The notes: generated by a model from the letters alone, not told the origin. A DNA stretch of 64,000 nt from Hamiltosporidium tvaerminnensis FI-OER-3-3 (GCA_022605425.2 CM061250.1:992001-1056000), one strand, 5' to 3'. Shown: positions 49,000 through 61,221, counted from the stretch's first letter. Numbers and translations: made by a program.

Positions 49000-50400
49000 A
49001 TTATAAAATATAGTTTCGAGTTGAAATGATTTCTGTAAATTATAAAATTAAACTTTGTGTAGAACCTGTTCTATTTCCAAATTTTATATTAGTCTATTCA
49101 CAGAATTAGTATTTTTGATCTAGAACAATACAATTTGTAACCAAGTTTAAACAAAAGAGATAAATTTTGTGCATATTGCCTCCCAAAAAGGAACTTAAGA
49201 ATTTCGTAGAATAGTCCGAGTACACAAATTTTCCCAATCAAGAAACAAAATTTGTTCAAAAAAAACTATTTATAGAGCGAAAATTCCCATATTATGAATA
49301 ATTCACAAGAAATGTTCTATTAGTAATAACAGACTAGAAAAATAGGATGTAATTTTCAGATAGAGTTGAACTCTATATATAATATATCATAAAGAAAAAA
49401 ATTAATTGTACATTTGGGGAGAGGGTGGTAATTTATGATGAAAGCTTAATTGTACCGAACTAAAAGAAGAAAAAGAATTTGGCTAGAGTAGTGCAGAACG
49501 ACAGTGATTCTATTTCACCAATAGAATTAAAATAGAAAAAAGATGCGATTTTGCGAAATAGAAGTATTCGATTGTAAGGCTGAGATATAAACAATCTTAA
49601 GAATCAAAAATATTTTGAAACAAAATTAAAAATATTTATTATCGTTGAATTTATGAAGTAGAAAATAATTGTAGGCCTGAATTATCTACATAGATTTTAG
49701 AAATCTAATAGATAACTATGTAAAGTATATCAACTGATGATTGCTCGGAAAAATAGAAAAAAATAAAAATAAATGAAAGTGTCGAAAAAAGAAACGCCCC
49801 CCTCCCCCGTCAAAGAAATTTTGATAAAAGAAATTTTAAAATGAAAAATTCGGTCTGTATACTAAATATTATATCGAAGATAAAAAAAAACAAAATTTGA
49901 ATGAAACCATAAAAAAAAGAAAAAACGTTTACGGAAAGATTACCATTAATAACCAATAGAATGTGACAATTTATATAAAGAATCAAAACAAATAACACTG
50001 AAAATTAGTGAAAAATATTGATAAATAGATATTGATCTTTGTTTGAAATAAAATATTTTAAAATCAAAAGAATTTAAAAAAAGCTTTAAAATAGATAAAA
50101 GATTATTTCAGCCATCAAACATCGAGAAAAAGTAATTACGTCGTACTCAATTTAATAAACATATGAAAAACCTATCAACTGGTTTCTAAAAGAACTTAGC
50201 TGAGCAGGGTGATTCCTTTTAAATCCAAGCATAATTAATTGATACCAAGATTAGAAAATACCTTTTAAAGATCAAAATTTATCGAATAACAGACGCTTCA
50301 GCCTCCAAGCTAAATTATAGAAGGAATAAAACTTTGTGGAATTTATCAATTCATAATAAATGTAGGAGAGAAAATAAAATGTTTTGATCCGATTATTATT
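49000..50400 (+). mobile_element. Merlin (IS1016/ISXO2-like DDE) transposase relic(s)
   Basis: 49411-49530 reads, across frameshifts, as LGGE.VVIYDES...KRRKN.ARVV (cf. IGG.G..VEIDES...KRK..RGR). I.PG..I.TD-like ~49670. NF....G...IEG-like ~50275-50325. Confidence 0.6.
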
Positions 50401-52255
50401 TAAGTACTAAGAATAGATGTAAGAGAAGAGAAATTATTTGATGCCCTAGTGATACATTCAAAATTACCATATAAAATTTTATATATTGCTTTTAAACCGT
50501 GATTTTATATTGAACTAATAAGTTGTACTTCTAAGAATTAACACGAAATTACGAATAATCATTAGTACTTAAAAACAGATCAAAAAAATTCTATTTTGAT
50601 TATCTATGACCACCTTTTTCATATTAATAATAATTCTAATAAAGTATATCTTAAAAGATTTATTTTCTTAACCTTTGTTACTATTTATAAATTTGTTATT
50701 TAATTATAAAGTTTTCAAAAAAATGACAAATTAATAGCACATTTGTTTCTAGCTTTGTATGATATAAAATAATATTCTTCATGTGAATCCTGTACGTAAA
50801 ATAACCAATATTAAGCAACAATATCTCCAGTAATTGATATTAAAAAAGCCTACTATATACTTTTATTAAAATTAAATGATTCATTTAATAAACATGATGT
50901 TATATTTAAACCATTAAAACGAGTTGTTTTATTAATATGAATATAATGCTTGTTAAGTTATCAGTGAACCTTCAAAGCTCGGTAAATAGATACATAATAA
51001 CATTTCTTCTAAAATCAAAAATAAAGATTGATGAGAACTAAAAAATGAATAGATACTTATAAATTTCAAATTTATTATAGTTTTATCCATATCATAAAAG
51101 TGTTGACAATAAACTATGCGTAAATTGGGGTTTTAGATCAGATTTGATGTTTGAAATTGATATTTTTAGAGAAACTTTACATTCTTCTGATATACTTAAA
51201 TTTAAGCTAATAACCAATCTTAAAAATGTTTAAAGTCCTGAAGCTATAGAGTCTATTAAATAAAATTAAAAAAAAAATACTTTTCTAATGTTTTAATAAA
51301 GCAAATCATAATAAGTTTTCCTCGGTTAAAAACACAAGGTGAGAATATAAAATCAACAGATCTCTTCCCTCTAAAGCAAAAAAATGCTCTATAAAATTAT
51401 TTTCATGGTTTTAATAGTTCCTATAATTTCATGCAGATAACCAAAAAAGATTGAAGTACGATTAAAAGTATGTCTTCAACTTTATAAATAAGATAGAAAA
51501 TGATTTCATATCTTAAATACATTGAGATTGGTCGTTGTAGATGAAAATAAATTTTTAGATTTAAAAAAACAAAATTTATCGAATTTCGATATTCTTATAG
51601 TTATTTTACGTATGTTCTGCTTATACACAAAATTAAATTTATAAAAAATACTAAAATTAAATCAGTTTGTTTTTCCAACTTAAATTTTCGATTAAAAACA
51701 TTCTCCAATAAAATTATTTGCAATCATGTCATCAGTTCAAAAAAGCTTTACTTTTTACACATGAATTTTAGTCAAATCTAAACTTCATATTATTTTTCGC
51801 AATTTAAAATGTTCTGCCCTATTTTTTGCATTACTATTAAACAAAGGTAAAAATATTTATCCACTTTCACATTTCCAAGCAGAATTTTTTTGATTTAAAT
51901 TTGATTTTTTAATATTCTTATGAGAGACAAATCTCTATACTTAAAACATATATTCCAAAAATCTATTACAGCCGTTGTTAGAATCGATAATTTTCGTTAT
52001 TATTTGTCAATATACCTTGTAATACTAATTTAATTTGAAATTTATTTTCATGAATATTTTAAGAATTGTTTATACAAAATCTAAAAATCATTTTTGATAT
52101 TTTTGTCAGGTTTTTTTTTGAAAAATTTGGTGATGATAAATATAGATGATTATGTTTTCATGCTAATTCTCAAATTATTTTTTGGATTTTTCTTTTAAAT
52201 TGCTTTTAAAGTAATATTAGAGATTATAAAATCTCGTTTTATTATATTTTTTTTC

Positions 52256-52490
52256 ATAATAATTCTCGTTATTACAGCCCTGCTCGAACCTTGGCCGCCC
52301 TTAGTAATACCGTCCACCGGTCTTTTTCTTGTGGGCTTGTTTACTTTTTCGGGTTTCGTAACAAGGTGGTTTTAAAGAGGTGGGATGTTAGCCCTACGCT
52401 CAACCCTAACTCGGATTACCAGCCTCTTTTAGTCGTCTTTTACGACAAGCAAAGAATATACAAGCCAATTCTGCCTCCGGCATGATGGGA
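52256..52490 (-). mobile_element. ~230-bp RTE-derived SINE-like element, independent copy
   Basis: rc: TGCTTGTCGTAAAAGACGACTAAAAGAGG..GGGTTGAGCGTAGGGCTAACATCCC..TTACGAAACCCGAAAA..AGACCGGTGGA..GGCCAAGGTTCGAGCAGGGCTGTAA. Colinear with 8290-8516. Confidence 0.8.
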
Positions 52491-52920
52491 AACTCGTAAT
52501 TATACATTTATGTAAGTAAATTACATAACAAAGTCGAAAAAAATATATGAAACACTAAAATAATATTTATTGCTTAAATGTAAAATTTTTGGAAATATTT
52601 AGTGAGTTCTAAATATTTACTTGATTATTTTCGGATTTTTTTTTCAATTTCAAACAACTAAAAAAATATAATTCAGCTGAATATTTCTTCAATTTAATCC
52701 AAATATACACACATAATTCTTCATAGACTTACCTGGATATTTATAGTAAGTATCTCTATAATCAAGTTTTGTATTTGAATCAAATTATTTTGAAATAGTT
52801 TTCTTTTCTTAAAAATATTCACTTAATTTTTGTGTAATCTGTAATTTATAAATAAAAATAATAAATTTTAGGGATAAAAATTTAATTTCATAGTACCTTC
52901 TTAAATTTAAATACCAAGTT

Positions 52921-53745
52921 ATGTATGCAATCTTTAAAAAACTCTTACAAACACAAACCTTAGATCCACCTTCAATGCTAGTAATTCTTAATACGATTGA
53001 TATTTGTTTTCAAAGCATAGAATTGGAAGATTCTAATTCTTCATTTTCGGATATTTTAAATTACAAAATTATTGCAACCAAAGTACAAGAATATGCTTCT
53101 TTAAAACATAAAATAGATGTTTTTTCATTTATTTTAAATGAAGAAAATTATTTTAAAGTAGAAAATTCAAATTATAAAAATTTAAATAGCATTCAAGAAG
53201 CATCAAAAAAACCAGATGAAAATGAATTTTACGCCATAAATGAAACCGTAGAATTAAATATAAATGAAAGAAAATTATCGAAATACTATAAACTTATAGG
53301 TCTAATTTGTCTTCTATATCTTATTAAATTCCCCGAAAGGGCCTCGATTCTTTCTTCCATTGAGTCAAAAAAACTCACAATTTTTCTTGAAAATATACTT
53401 TTCAATCCGAATTGTTCAGATGCAAATATAGAAAATATTGATTTAGAAACAAATAAAACCGAGATAACTTTGTTGCAAGCAGAAATATTTGATCTTAAAA
53501 ATCAAGTTTCGGTTTTACAAGCCGAATTAGAAAAGACTAAAAAAGAATATTTCGATAATGTTTTTTGTCTTTCAAACAACACGAATTGTGATAACGGTTT
53601 TCTTTTAAAATTACAAGATGAGATTACTGAATTGAAAGAACGACTTGAAGTAGAAAACAGCGTTATTTTAAATGCCTGGAATATTTTAGCGGAAGAGGCA
53701 TTTAATTCAGAAGACTGTTTTATAGATAAATCAACGAAAGAATAA
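52921..53745 (+). CDS. Coiled-coil hypothetical protein, possibly a reduced HOOK-like adaptor
   Basis: 274-aa ORF with a heptad-rich C-terminal half. ENSVILNAWN resembles the HOOK C-terminal E..LI..AW motif. The family call is weak. Confidence 0.7.
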   Translation: MYAIFKKLLQTQTLDPPSMLVILNTIDICFQSIELEDSNSSFSDILNYKIIATKVQEYASLKHKIDVFSFILNEENYFKVENSNYKNLNSIQEASKKPDENEFYAINETVELNINERKLSKYYKLIGLICLLYLIKFPERASILSSIESKKLTIFLENILFNPNCSDANIENIDLETNKTEITLLQAEIFDLKNQVSVLQAELEKTKKEYFDNVFCLSNNTNCDNGFLLKLQDEITELKERLEVENSVILNAWNILAEEAFNSEDCFIDKSTKE

Positions 53746-54249
53746 TATAATCTATAGGCTGATATATGTTATTTTCTTGTAACTATAATATACAACTAAT
53801 GTTTCTACTCAATACATAATCGAATGAAACTTGTTTTATAATAGCAAAAAAAAGTTGTGATACCTTGAAAATACTTTATTAGAATAATCTTTATTAAAAC
53901 TTCAATTTTTTAATCTTCAAATATCATCGATTTTTTTTACTAATTTTTATCGGTCGATATATATTTTTTTAGAAACTTAGGAAATTTTATCACAGATCAA
54001 GGTATTTAATTTCAAATCTACCTTTTTTTAAAATCATCAATTACCAATTTAATTTATCAACTAGATTCTTCTGTTGCAAATATAATTGTCTCTTCAATAC
54101 TTCTCCTTTGAGTGCATTAATCTTAGCCAAAAAGCCAATAGAATTATTAAAAAATCATTAAAGGAGAGCATATAATTTACTATTATAATCATACTTTTTT
54201 AAACCCTAAATGAAACATCTATATACATTCATTCTGGCATTTATTCTAT

Positions 54250-55050
54250 TGTTAGTAAAAGGCATACATCATAGGTCTTTCTACACACAAGATTTTAGAA
54301 CAGTTCTACTTCCGCATAGAAATACAAAAGCAAAAGTAAAATATTTTAAACAGCGAAAAATTCTTTACCTTCCAAAAATTGTTATAAACGAAGTATTTGA
54401 GGATTGGTTACAATAAATATTTAGAATTCCGCATTAAATTATACTTTTGTTGCATAAAGACTTTCCGTACCCTGGATTTACAATAATGAATTGACTGGTT
54501 ATTATTTAAAAGGTTTTATATCATTTATGTTTATCTGCTAATTATTTAAATATATCCGGTTTTTTCAATATTCTTTTGCACTAAGATATACGAAATTCCT
54601 TTTAATTATCTTCTTTCTTGTTTTTTAGCCAATTTTATGAATACTGTTTTTTCTTAAAATTTTCAAATGTAAACTTTATTAAATTGAATTTGATTCATTA
54701 AAAAACCTGAGTTTATTTGTAAAAAATATTATGCATGCCTGTATTTTTAGAAAACAATCAATATATTGTTATACATCCAAATTATGCTTTCCCCTTATTT
54801 TTTTAAACGTATGAATGAAATCGCTTCGATTTATGTTTAAAAAATAGCTATGTGGTCTTTTCGTTTATAAAAAAACAATTTAATAGCATACTTGTCAAAT
54901 CTGTAGTCTTTCTTGAATTTTTTGTTTTTTTTTGTATTTCTCACTATATTTTCGAATCTGTTAAGTATATTGATCTTATTTACATTCTATATAGTTCAAA
55001 GCCCTAAATTTCTATAATGGAAATAAAAAAAAACGTAAAAACTTGTTATT
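54250..55050 (-). mobile_element. Possible Merlin transposase relic
   Basis: rc 54430-54505 resembles the VNH...V.P.TG...Q.IE..W C-terminal motif, with a KPG..I-like segment at ~54555. Confidence 0.4.
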
Positions 55051-56463
55051 TTTTATAATAAACTAGGATGAGATGTTTTTGACTTATTTTCCTCGATTTT
55101 ACCAATTTAATCCTTTCTTTGTATCGATTTTTACAGTTTTTAAATTCCTCCCCCTTTGAGTCAAATTTATAAATAAATAATTTATTACAAATTAACTAAT
55201 TATTTAATTTAGCCTTCTTCGACGCAATAGAATTCCACGATATTTTTTGTAAATTATTTTGCTTTTTATTACTTAAGCTGACCAAATACTTAAAAGCATG
55301 TCTTTTCTAAATTTATTCACTAAAATTTTAATTCATCTGCGCATTAAATTTGAAAGAATGAAGCAAAATCTTTGGTTTTTTAGCTCATAAAATAACTTGA
55401 AGTCGAATTTTTTTACTTATAGATCAACATGAACATACCCAACTAAAAATCAGAGTCATAATAATAACATAACCTAAAAATACTTAAAAAATGAATTTTT
55501 CTTTTTTTCTTATACCATTGAAATTTAAAATATTCTTTTTATTTATGCGTCATATTTTTGAAAAAAATGTTTAAAATGTTATTCATAATGTTATATTAAT
55601 GTTTGAATTTATTTTTTAATCATATTTTGAGAATAAATCATTCAAAGAAAACTTATTATAAAGATATTGGAAAGTTTTTAGTTCGTAAATATGTATTTTT
55701 AATTTCAACAAATACATATTGAACGTTTTTTTTCCCGGATTCCCATAAGTCTTAATATTTAATATCTTAATTTATATTCTTTTTCTGGTTGATATTTTAT
55801 AAGATGAAGTTTCTCAAACGAGTTTATAAACCCTCCATTAAGAATTGAGGATTGTAGGAATTATCCGTTTATATTATTTAAATTAATATAAAACTACAAT
55901 TTCTTCACTAATAATTGCTTCCATAAAAAAAAATATTTACATTCTTTAGCAACTTCAATTCAATTTTATTTCTGTCATTGCAAATATATTTTTAATTTGT
56001 AGTTAAAAAATACCGTTCACACAAAATAAACATCTATAGTCAGTGGGTAATATAAATCAATATTAAAATAATTTATTTCAGGAATTTTTTAGTTATTCGT
56101 TTCTATCTTTGAATAATAAAAATATAAAACTGACATGTTCTTATAAAATAATTAGAAATAAATAAAATTCGAAGCCCAACTTATAATCTTAAGAGCTATA
56201 ATTGTAGTAAAGAATATCAAATGTATATGTATCTTAACAAACTCATCTAAATTTTTATTTTTAATTTTTTTATATTTTTTATCGATCTTTCAATTATGAA
56301 ATTCAGATTCTACTTTTTAAATATTTGGGATTAAAATCTCTGTTTTTGTAAAAATACAAAAGATTGAATTTTTTAAAGAGTCAATTAAATCTCATAAACT
56401 TTGTAACTATAATAACTTAAAACAATAAAATATGAATCCGAATCTACCCTGTATTTTATTAGA

Positions 56464-57837
56464 ATGTCAGAAAATCCAAAAATAAATCTTAAAGACATTA
56501 TGTCTGCGCGTTTTCAAAATCCCAAATTTGTTTATGACGGAAAGCGAATGAGAAATATGGCAATTCGTAAGGCGGTGGATTACAGCTCTGCAATAATATA
56601 TCATAGAAATTTTACAAAAAATATACCAATTCAAACAACAGCTCATTATGATGTGAGTGATCATATCATAGCACTAAAGCTTCCACATCACCATGTTTCT
56701 TCTTATAATTACAGTAGTTACGGTACAAGTGAAATTACCAATTCTTCGTTTGCTCAAGAAAATCAAATGAATGAAACCGACCAAAATTCTAATCAACGTA
56801 CATCTATGAACACACATAGTACTGCATATGACACAACTTTTACTCTTAATACTAAATTTGCACATGCTAGTATTAATAAGACACGGTGTCCTGTAAATAC
56901 ATTACGTTGGACACCGGATGGTCGAAGATGTATCAGTGGAACGTCTACTGGGGAATTTACGCTTTGGAACGGTTATAGTTTTAATTTCGAAACGATTTTA
57001 CAGGCACATGAATCAGCGGTAAGAAGTATGTGTTGGGCGCCGAGTGCACAATTTCTTGTGTCGGGTGACAGTCTAGGGACGGTGAAATATTGGCATCCAA
57101 GTATGAATAATATACAAATAATACAGGCACACAATGAAAGCATACGTGATATATGTTTTGCACATAGTGATAGTAAATTCTGTACAGCAAGTGATGATGG
57201 AACAATTAAAATATTCGATACCAAGGATTGTAAAGAAGAAAGTAGTATGTCTGGTCATGGATGGGATGTGCGTGTAGCACAATGGCATCCGTATAAGTCA
57301 TTAATAGCTAGCGGTGGGAAAGATAATTTAATAAAACTTTGGGATCCTCGAATGCACACAGAAATTCTGACACTTCATATCCATAAAAATACGGTTTTAG
57401 CACTCAAATGGTTGACAAGAAATTCATCAGACAGTGTTTGTAATTATCTTTTGACCGGTGGAAAAGACCAGGTCATAAAAATGGTGGATATTCGTACATT
57501 TAAAGAAATGTGTACATATAAGGGACACAGAAAAGAAGTCACGGCTCTTTGTGCTCACCCAACTATCAATAATATGTTTGTAAGCGGTGGAGCAGAAGGA
57601 ACAATTTATTACTGGCAGTCTTTTAAAGAAGAACCAGTTGCAACAACGACTGAGCATGAAGGAACAATATGGTGTATAGATTATCATCCGTTAGGTCATA
57701 TAATGGCTTCGGGATCCGTTGATCAAAGTGTCAGATTTTGGATACGAAACAGACCAGGATTAGGAGACGGTGAAAGTGTGGAAGTAGAAGATAGCGAGGA
57801 AGGAGTTAATGTACAACGAATTCCGGGATTGCTTTAG
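56464..57837 (+). CDS. PFS2: Polyadenylation factor WD40 subunit (WDR33)
   Basis: [54 protein letters not shown]...[18 protein letters not shown]...GS.D...RFW.R.RPG. Confidence 0.97.
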   Translation: MSENPKINLKDIMSARFQNPKFVYDGKRMRNMAIRKAVDYSSAIIYHRNFTKNIPIQTTAHYDVSDHIIALKLPHHHVSSYNYSSYGTSEITNSSFAQENQMNETDQNSNQRTSMNTHSTAYDTTFTLNTKFAHASINKTRCPVNTLRWTPDGRRCISGTSTGEFTLWNGYSFNFETILQAHESAVRSMCWAPSAQFLVSGDSLGTVKYWHPSMNNIQIIQAHNESIRDICFAHSDSKFCTASDDGTIKIFDTKDCKEESSMSGHGWDVRVAQWHPYKSLIASGGKDNLIKLWDPRMHTEILTLHIHKNTVLALKWLTRNSSDSVCNYLLTGGKDQVIKMVDIRTFKEMCTYKGHRKEVTALCAHPTINNMFVSGGAEGTIYYWQSFKEEPVATTTEHEGTIWCIDYHPLGHIMASGSVDQSVRFWIRNRPGLGDGESVEVEDSEEGVNVQRIPGLL

Positions 57838-58629
57838 TAAAAAGACTAAGTATTAGAAATATTTTACTGTAAAAATAAAGTAGATTAAGATTCGTCAGAC
57901 CAAAATATATTTTGTATAATATAAAATTTTCAATTAACAAAGTCTTACAATATATCAAAATATCTTAACCCACGCAGTTTACATTCCAATTTTACTTTAT
58001 CTTTAAACATAATTATTTCATTTAAATAAAATTATACTCTTTGAAAAATCTAGTCTGCTCCGATACTCCTCGTAAAGATTTACTTTAAACTATTTATTTT
58101 AAATTTTTTTATAAAATTCCAATATAGTATTTCCTTAAAAATATAGAATAAAGAAAATTAAATCTTATAATTATAAATACTATTTCTATATCAGTATTAC
58201 AACACTGTATTTTTTTAATCCTTGAAAAATCAATAAATCTGTTCAGAAGATGGGTTGATAAGTGAAACATACAGTTTTTTGAATAAAATATGTTTAATTA
58301 ATTATATTGATTAAAAATTTTAAATTCAATTCTTTGAGTTGAAGTTTTTGCTTGTATTGTCATGAAAAGTATCAAGAATGTGCTTCGTTTTAATCAATTA
58401 AAGAATCTTCTACACTTTTATACTTTAGAAATATCTGAATAAAAAATATTTGTCCTAAAAAATTTTCTTATTAGACTTCAAAGCATCGATGGAGAATTTA
58501 AGTTTGGATTTACTAAAAAAAACTCAAATTTTTATAAACCGACTTTAAAATATTCCGATTTAAATTGCACTTTGATAGCTTGAAAGTGTCAAAAAGTCAT
58601 TTTTACATATATTTGTTTGCTATGCTCAA

Positions 58630-59358
58630 GAGTGGAGAAGGATAACCATATAAAAAATTTTCTGCTTGGCAATGAGTGTATGAAACTAGTGTGAGGATCA
58701 TTTTTTGGATTTTTAGTGGAAATTTAACAACACTACATCATTGGTTGTTCCATGGGAGTTGTTATGAAAAAGAGGGGTCTATGAAATGGCGAAACTTTTT
58801 CTACAAAATTATTTGTAGTTTTTTATGTAACCAGATTACAGACCGCAGCTGAACATGTAGGTAATTGCCATGTAAAAGCATGGAAACCTAGCCTTGCTCA
58901 CTCGGGTTAGAAGACTTAGCGCCTGGGAGATATAAAAATAAAACCCATTAAAAGCCAGGAGAGCTAAGTAGCAGGTTATACCTGTTGGTATGACATTGCA
59001 CTGTCTAGGTGGACCCCATGTAAATCTCTGAAATATATCTTAGCTAGAAGTTTATTGGGTTCAGAAAGTGTAGAGTAAGTGGGAATGCTGCATAGTCTTG
59101 GGGGAGCCCAGGGGGGGCTTCGGCCTTCGATCACACTCCATGCAACGGACATTAACGAAATCCGGGCAACTGCCTCGCCTATTAATTAGACTCTACACAC
59201 CTGGTAGATGAAAGGCTTTGGGACGTAGGTATCGCAGGGGTTACCGATGGAGTGTTGGGGTAGCAGTCATTTATGTTAAACCTAAAACTGCGTTAATGTC
59301 ATAAAAACAAATATAACACTTGCCACTGTTTTAAAAAGATGTCATGCTTTTAAATAAA
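58630..59358 (+). mobile_element. ~720-bp non-coding repeat family, full-length class A copy
   Basis: Near-identical to 23990-24601 over the shared part. GC-rich island with no long ORF in any frame. Ends TTTTAAATAAA. Confidence 0.95.
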
Positions 59359-59466
59359 AGTTTTAAAAGGAACATAAAATAATATAAGGCTAATTAAAGA
59401 TTCAAAAAAGAATTGAAAATCAAAAATATTAAGAAAGACAGAAAAATATATAAAAATATTTTTTTA

Positions 59467-60066
59467 TTAAAATACAGCGAGTAAAGTAAAACATGCATAA
59501 ACAAGAAACAGGGGATACCAAATTAAAAATAATTTGTTGCTGATTTCCAAATAATTTACAAAAATTAATGAAGAGACTGCTGATGCCCATAAAGATACCC
59601 CTAAAGCCACAATAACCCGTATCCAAACATCCAAATATTTCATTAAAATACTTAAAAATGAATACAGAAGTACAGGAAGAAGAGAATATCCCATAACACT
59701 ACAACACTTAATAAAATCTATCCATTTATTATTCATAACATTTAAAAGAAAAAACATGAAAAGAGTTGAAATAAGAGAAATGAAATAAACGTAGCCAAAA
59801 TGTATTTTTCCATTCAAAAGAAGAAAAAATGAAAATAAAATAATAAAAATAAGCGGCCCAGATATATCTGCACTTTCTAAAAAGCCATAATTTATGTGAG
59901 AACGGTTAAATACACGCGTAACCAACATACTTTCCTTTTTTATTGTACCGAAATTTATACCAAGTTCTTTTAATAGTGATTCATCCCCTGGTATGTAACC
60001 AGTAAGGGCTCCTTTAAAATCTGTACGATCGATATAAATATCTTTGTAATCACTTAATTCATTCAT
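59467..60066 (-). CDS. YIP1: Yip1-domain Golgi/ER trafficking membrane protein (YIPF5/7-like)
   Basis: LLKELGINF, DISGPL, GKIHFGYVY, CSVMGYSLLP, YPLFLVY. Confidence 0.93.
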   Translation of the reverse strand: MNELSDYKDIYIDRTDFKGALTGYIPGDESLLKELGINFGTIKKESMLVTRVFNRSHINYGFLESADISGPLIFIILFSFFLLLNGKIHFGYVYFISLISTLFMFFLLNVMNNKWIDFIKCCSVMGYSLLPVLLYSFLSILMKYLDVWIRVIVALGVSLWASAVSSLIFVNYLEISNKLFLIWYPLFLVYACFTLLAVF

Positions 60067-60451
60067 AAGGGATACTTTTGAAATTATTTTTGTTTTTTAA
60101 AAAATTTAAATTTTTAGAGAAACTGAAAATAAATTTAAGAAAAATGATACAATTTGAGAAACGAAAAGAGAAATAAAGTGATTTTAAATGATTTTTAAAT
60201 TGAAAGGTACAACTAAAATCTGAGAAAAATAAACTGATTTTAAATAATTAATGAACATAAAATTTTAAAGATTTAAGAAAAATGATAGAATTTAAAAAGA
60301 TCCAAAGAATTTTAAAATTTTAAGGAAGATCTACACAGTTTATAGAAAAGAAAGATATAAGTGACTTAAGAAAATTTAAAAATCTTTAAATATTTATAGA
60401 AATATAAAATTTTATTTTTTTTTATTTTTAAATACAAATAATTTAATCCTT

Positions 60452-61144
60452 ATGGCATCTGATGTAGGAAATGTAGGATTTGTAAGAAAAATAATTACAG
60501 AAATAAATGAAGAAATAGAAAATACAATCGGTTTATTGAAAGTTTACGTTTGTAATAAAAGAGACTTTATAAGAAATAAAAAAGATTCTCAAAAGTATGA
60601 GATACAAATTTTAGAAAAAGAAATAATGTATTGTAAAGAACGAGACACAAATTTTATGAAAGAAAAAGAATTTCTTATAAAAAGTATTGAAAATGAAAAA
60701 AAGGATTTAGAATGTTTAAAAAAAGAAAAAAGTAAACTTTCAGAACAAGTTTGCTGCAATGAAGAGAAAGGAAAACATTTGTCTGAAAAAGTAGAAAATA
60801 TAAAAAATAAATTGGAAATTTTAACGAAAAAAATTGATTTTCAGGAAAGGAAAAACGCAAAAAATGAAAAAGAAATTGAAAATGAAATTTCGTTGTACAA
60901 AAAATTTTTAGGAATTGATATTTTTCCAATAAAAAATAATTTTATAAAAATATTATTTAAAAATGTTGGTGAAGAAAGTTTCATTGTAATGGAATTTGGT
61001 AGTAAAATTTCTGTTGTAGAAGTATTTCCAATTGAAATTGGTATCGAAGCTATAAATTCATTGTTTTATAAAATAAGTGATTTTAAAGAATTTTTAAAGG
61101 AAACAAGAAATTTGTTCATTCAGTTTCATAAATGTGATTCATAA
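60452..61144 (+). CDS. SPC25: Ndc80-complex kinetochore subunit Spc25-like
   Basis: Long coiled coil, then YKKFLGIDI....IKILF and a terminal DFKEFLKETRNLF helix typical of the Spc25 RWD domain. Confidence 0.75.
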   Translation: MASDVGNVGFVRKIITEINEEIENTIGLLKVYVCNKRDFIRNKKDSQKYEIQILEKEIMYCKERDTNFMKEKEFLIKSIENEKKDLECLKKEKSKLSEQVCCNEEKGKHLSEKVENIKNKLEILTKKIDFQERKNAKNEKEIENEISLYKKFLGIDIFPIKNNFIKILFKNVGEESFIVMEFGSKISVVEVFPIEIGIEAINSLFYKISDFKEFLKETRNLFIQFHKCDS

Positions 61145-61221
61145 TTTGAATAAAAAAAGTATAAATTTTCAAATAATTTGTCAATTTTTGTTATAAATGT
61201 GATTCATAATTTGAATAAAAA
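61128..61221 (+). repeat. 29-bp direct repeat duplicating the SPC25 stop and polyadenylation signal
   Basis: ATAAATGTGATTCATAATTTGAATAAAAA at 61128-61156 and 61193-61221. Confidence 0.9.

Noticed and set aside
49796-49809. GCCCCCCTCCCCCG tract as a G-quadruplex or element end
   Set aside because: It has only two G-runs on the minus strand, and no partner repeat was found.
52400-52412. CAACCCTAAC as a telomerase RNA template or telomere seed
   Set aside because: It lies within the RTE-derived SINE and is not conserved in the 8290 and 22115 copies.
54210-54416. 68-aa ORF with CCC motif and hydrophobic start
   Set aside because: It is short and overlaps a probable Merlin relic on the opposite strand, so it cannot be supported without expression data.
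56432-56463. Upstream ATG plus GT..AG as a micro-intron in PFS2
   Set aside because: The GT-AG span is only 12 nt, too short, and the annotated ATG follows a CCC motif.
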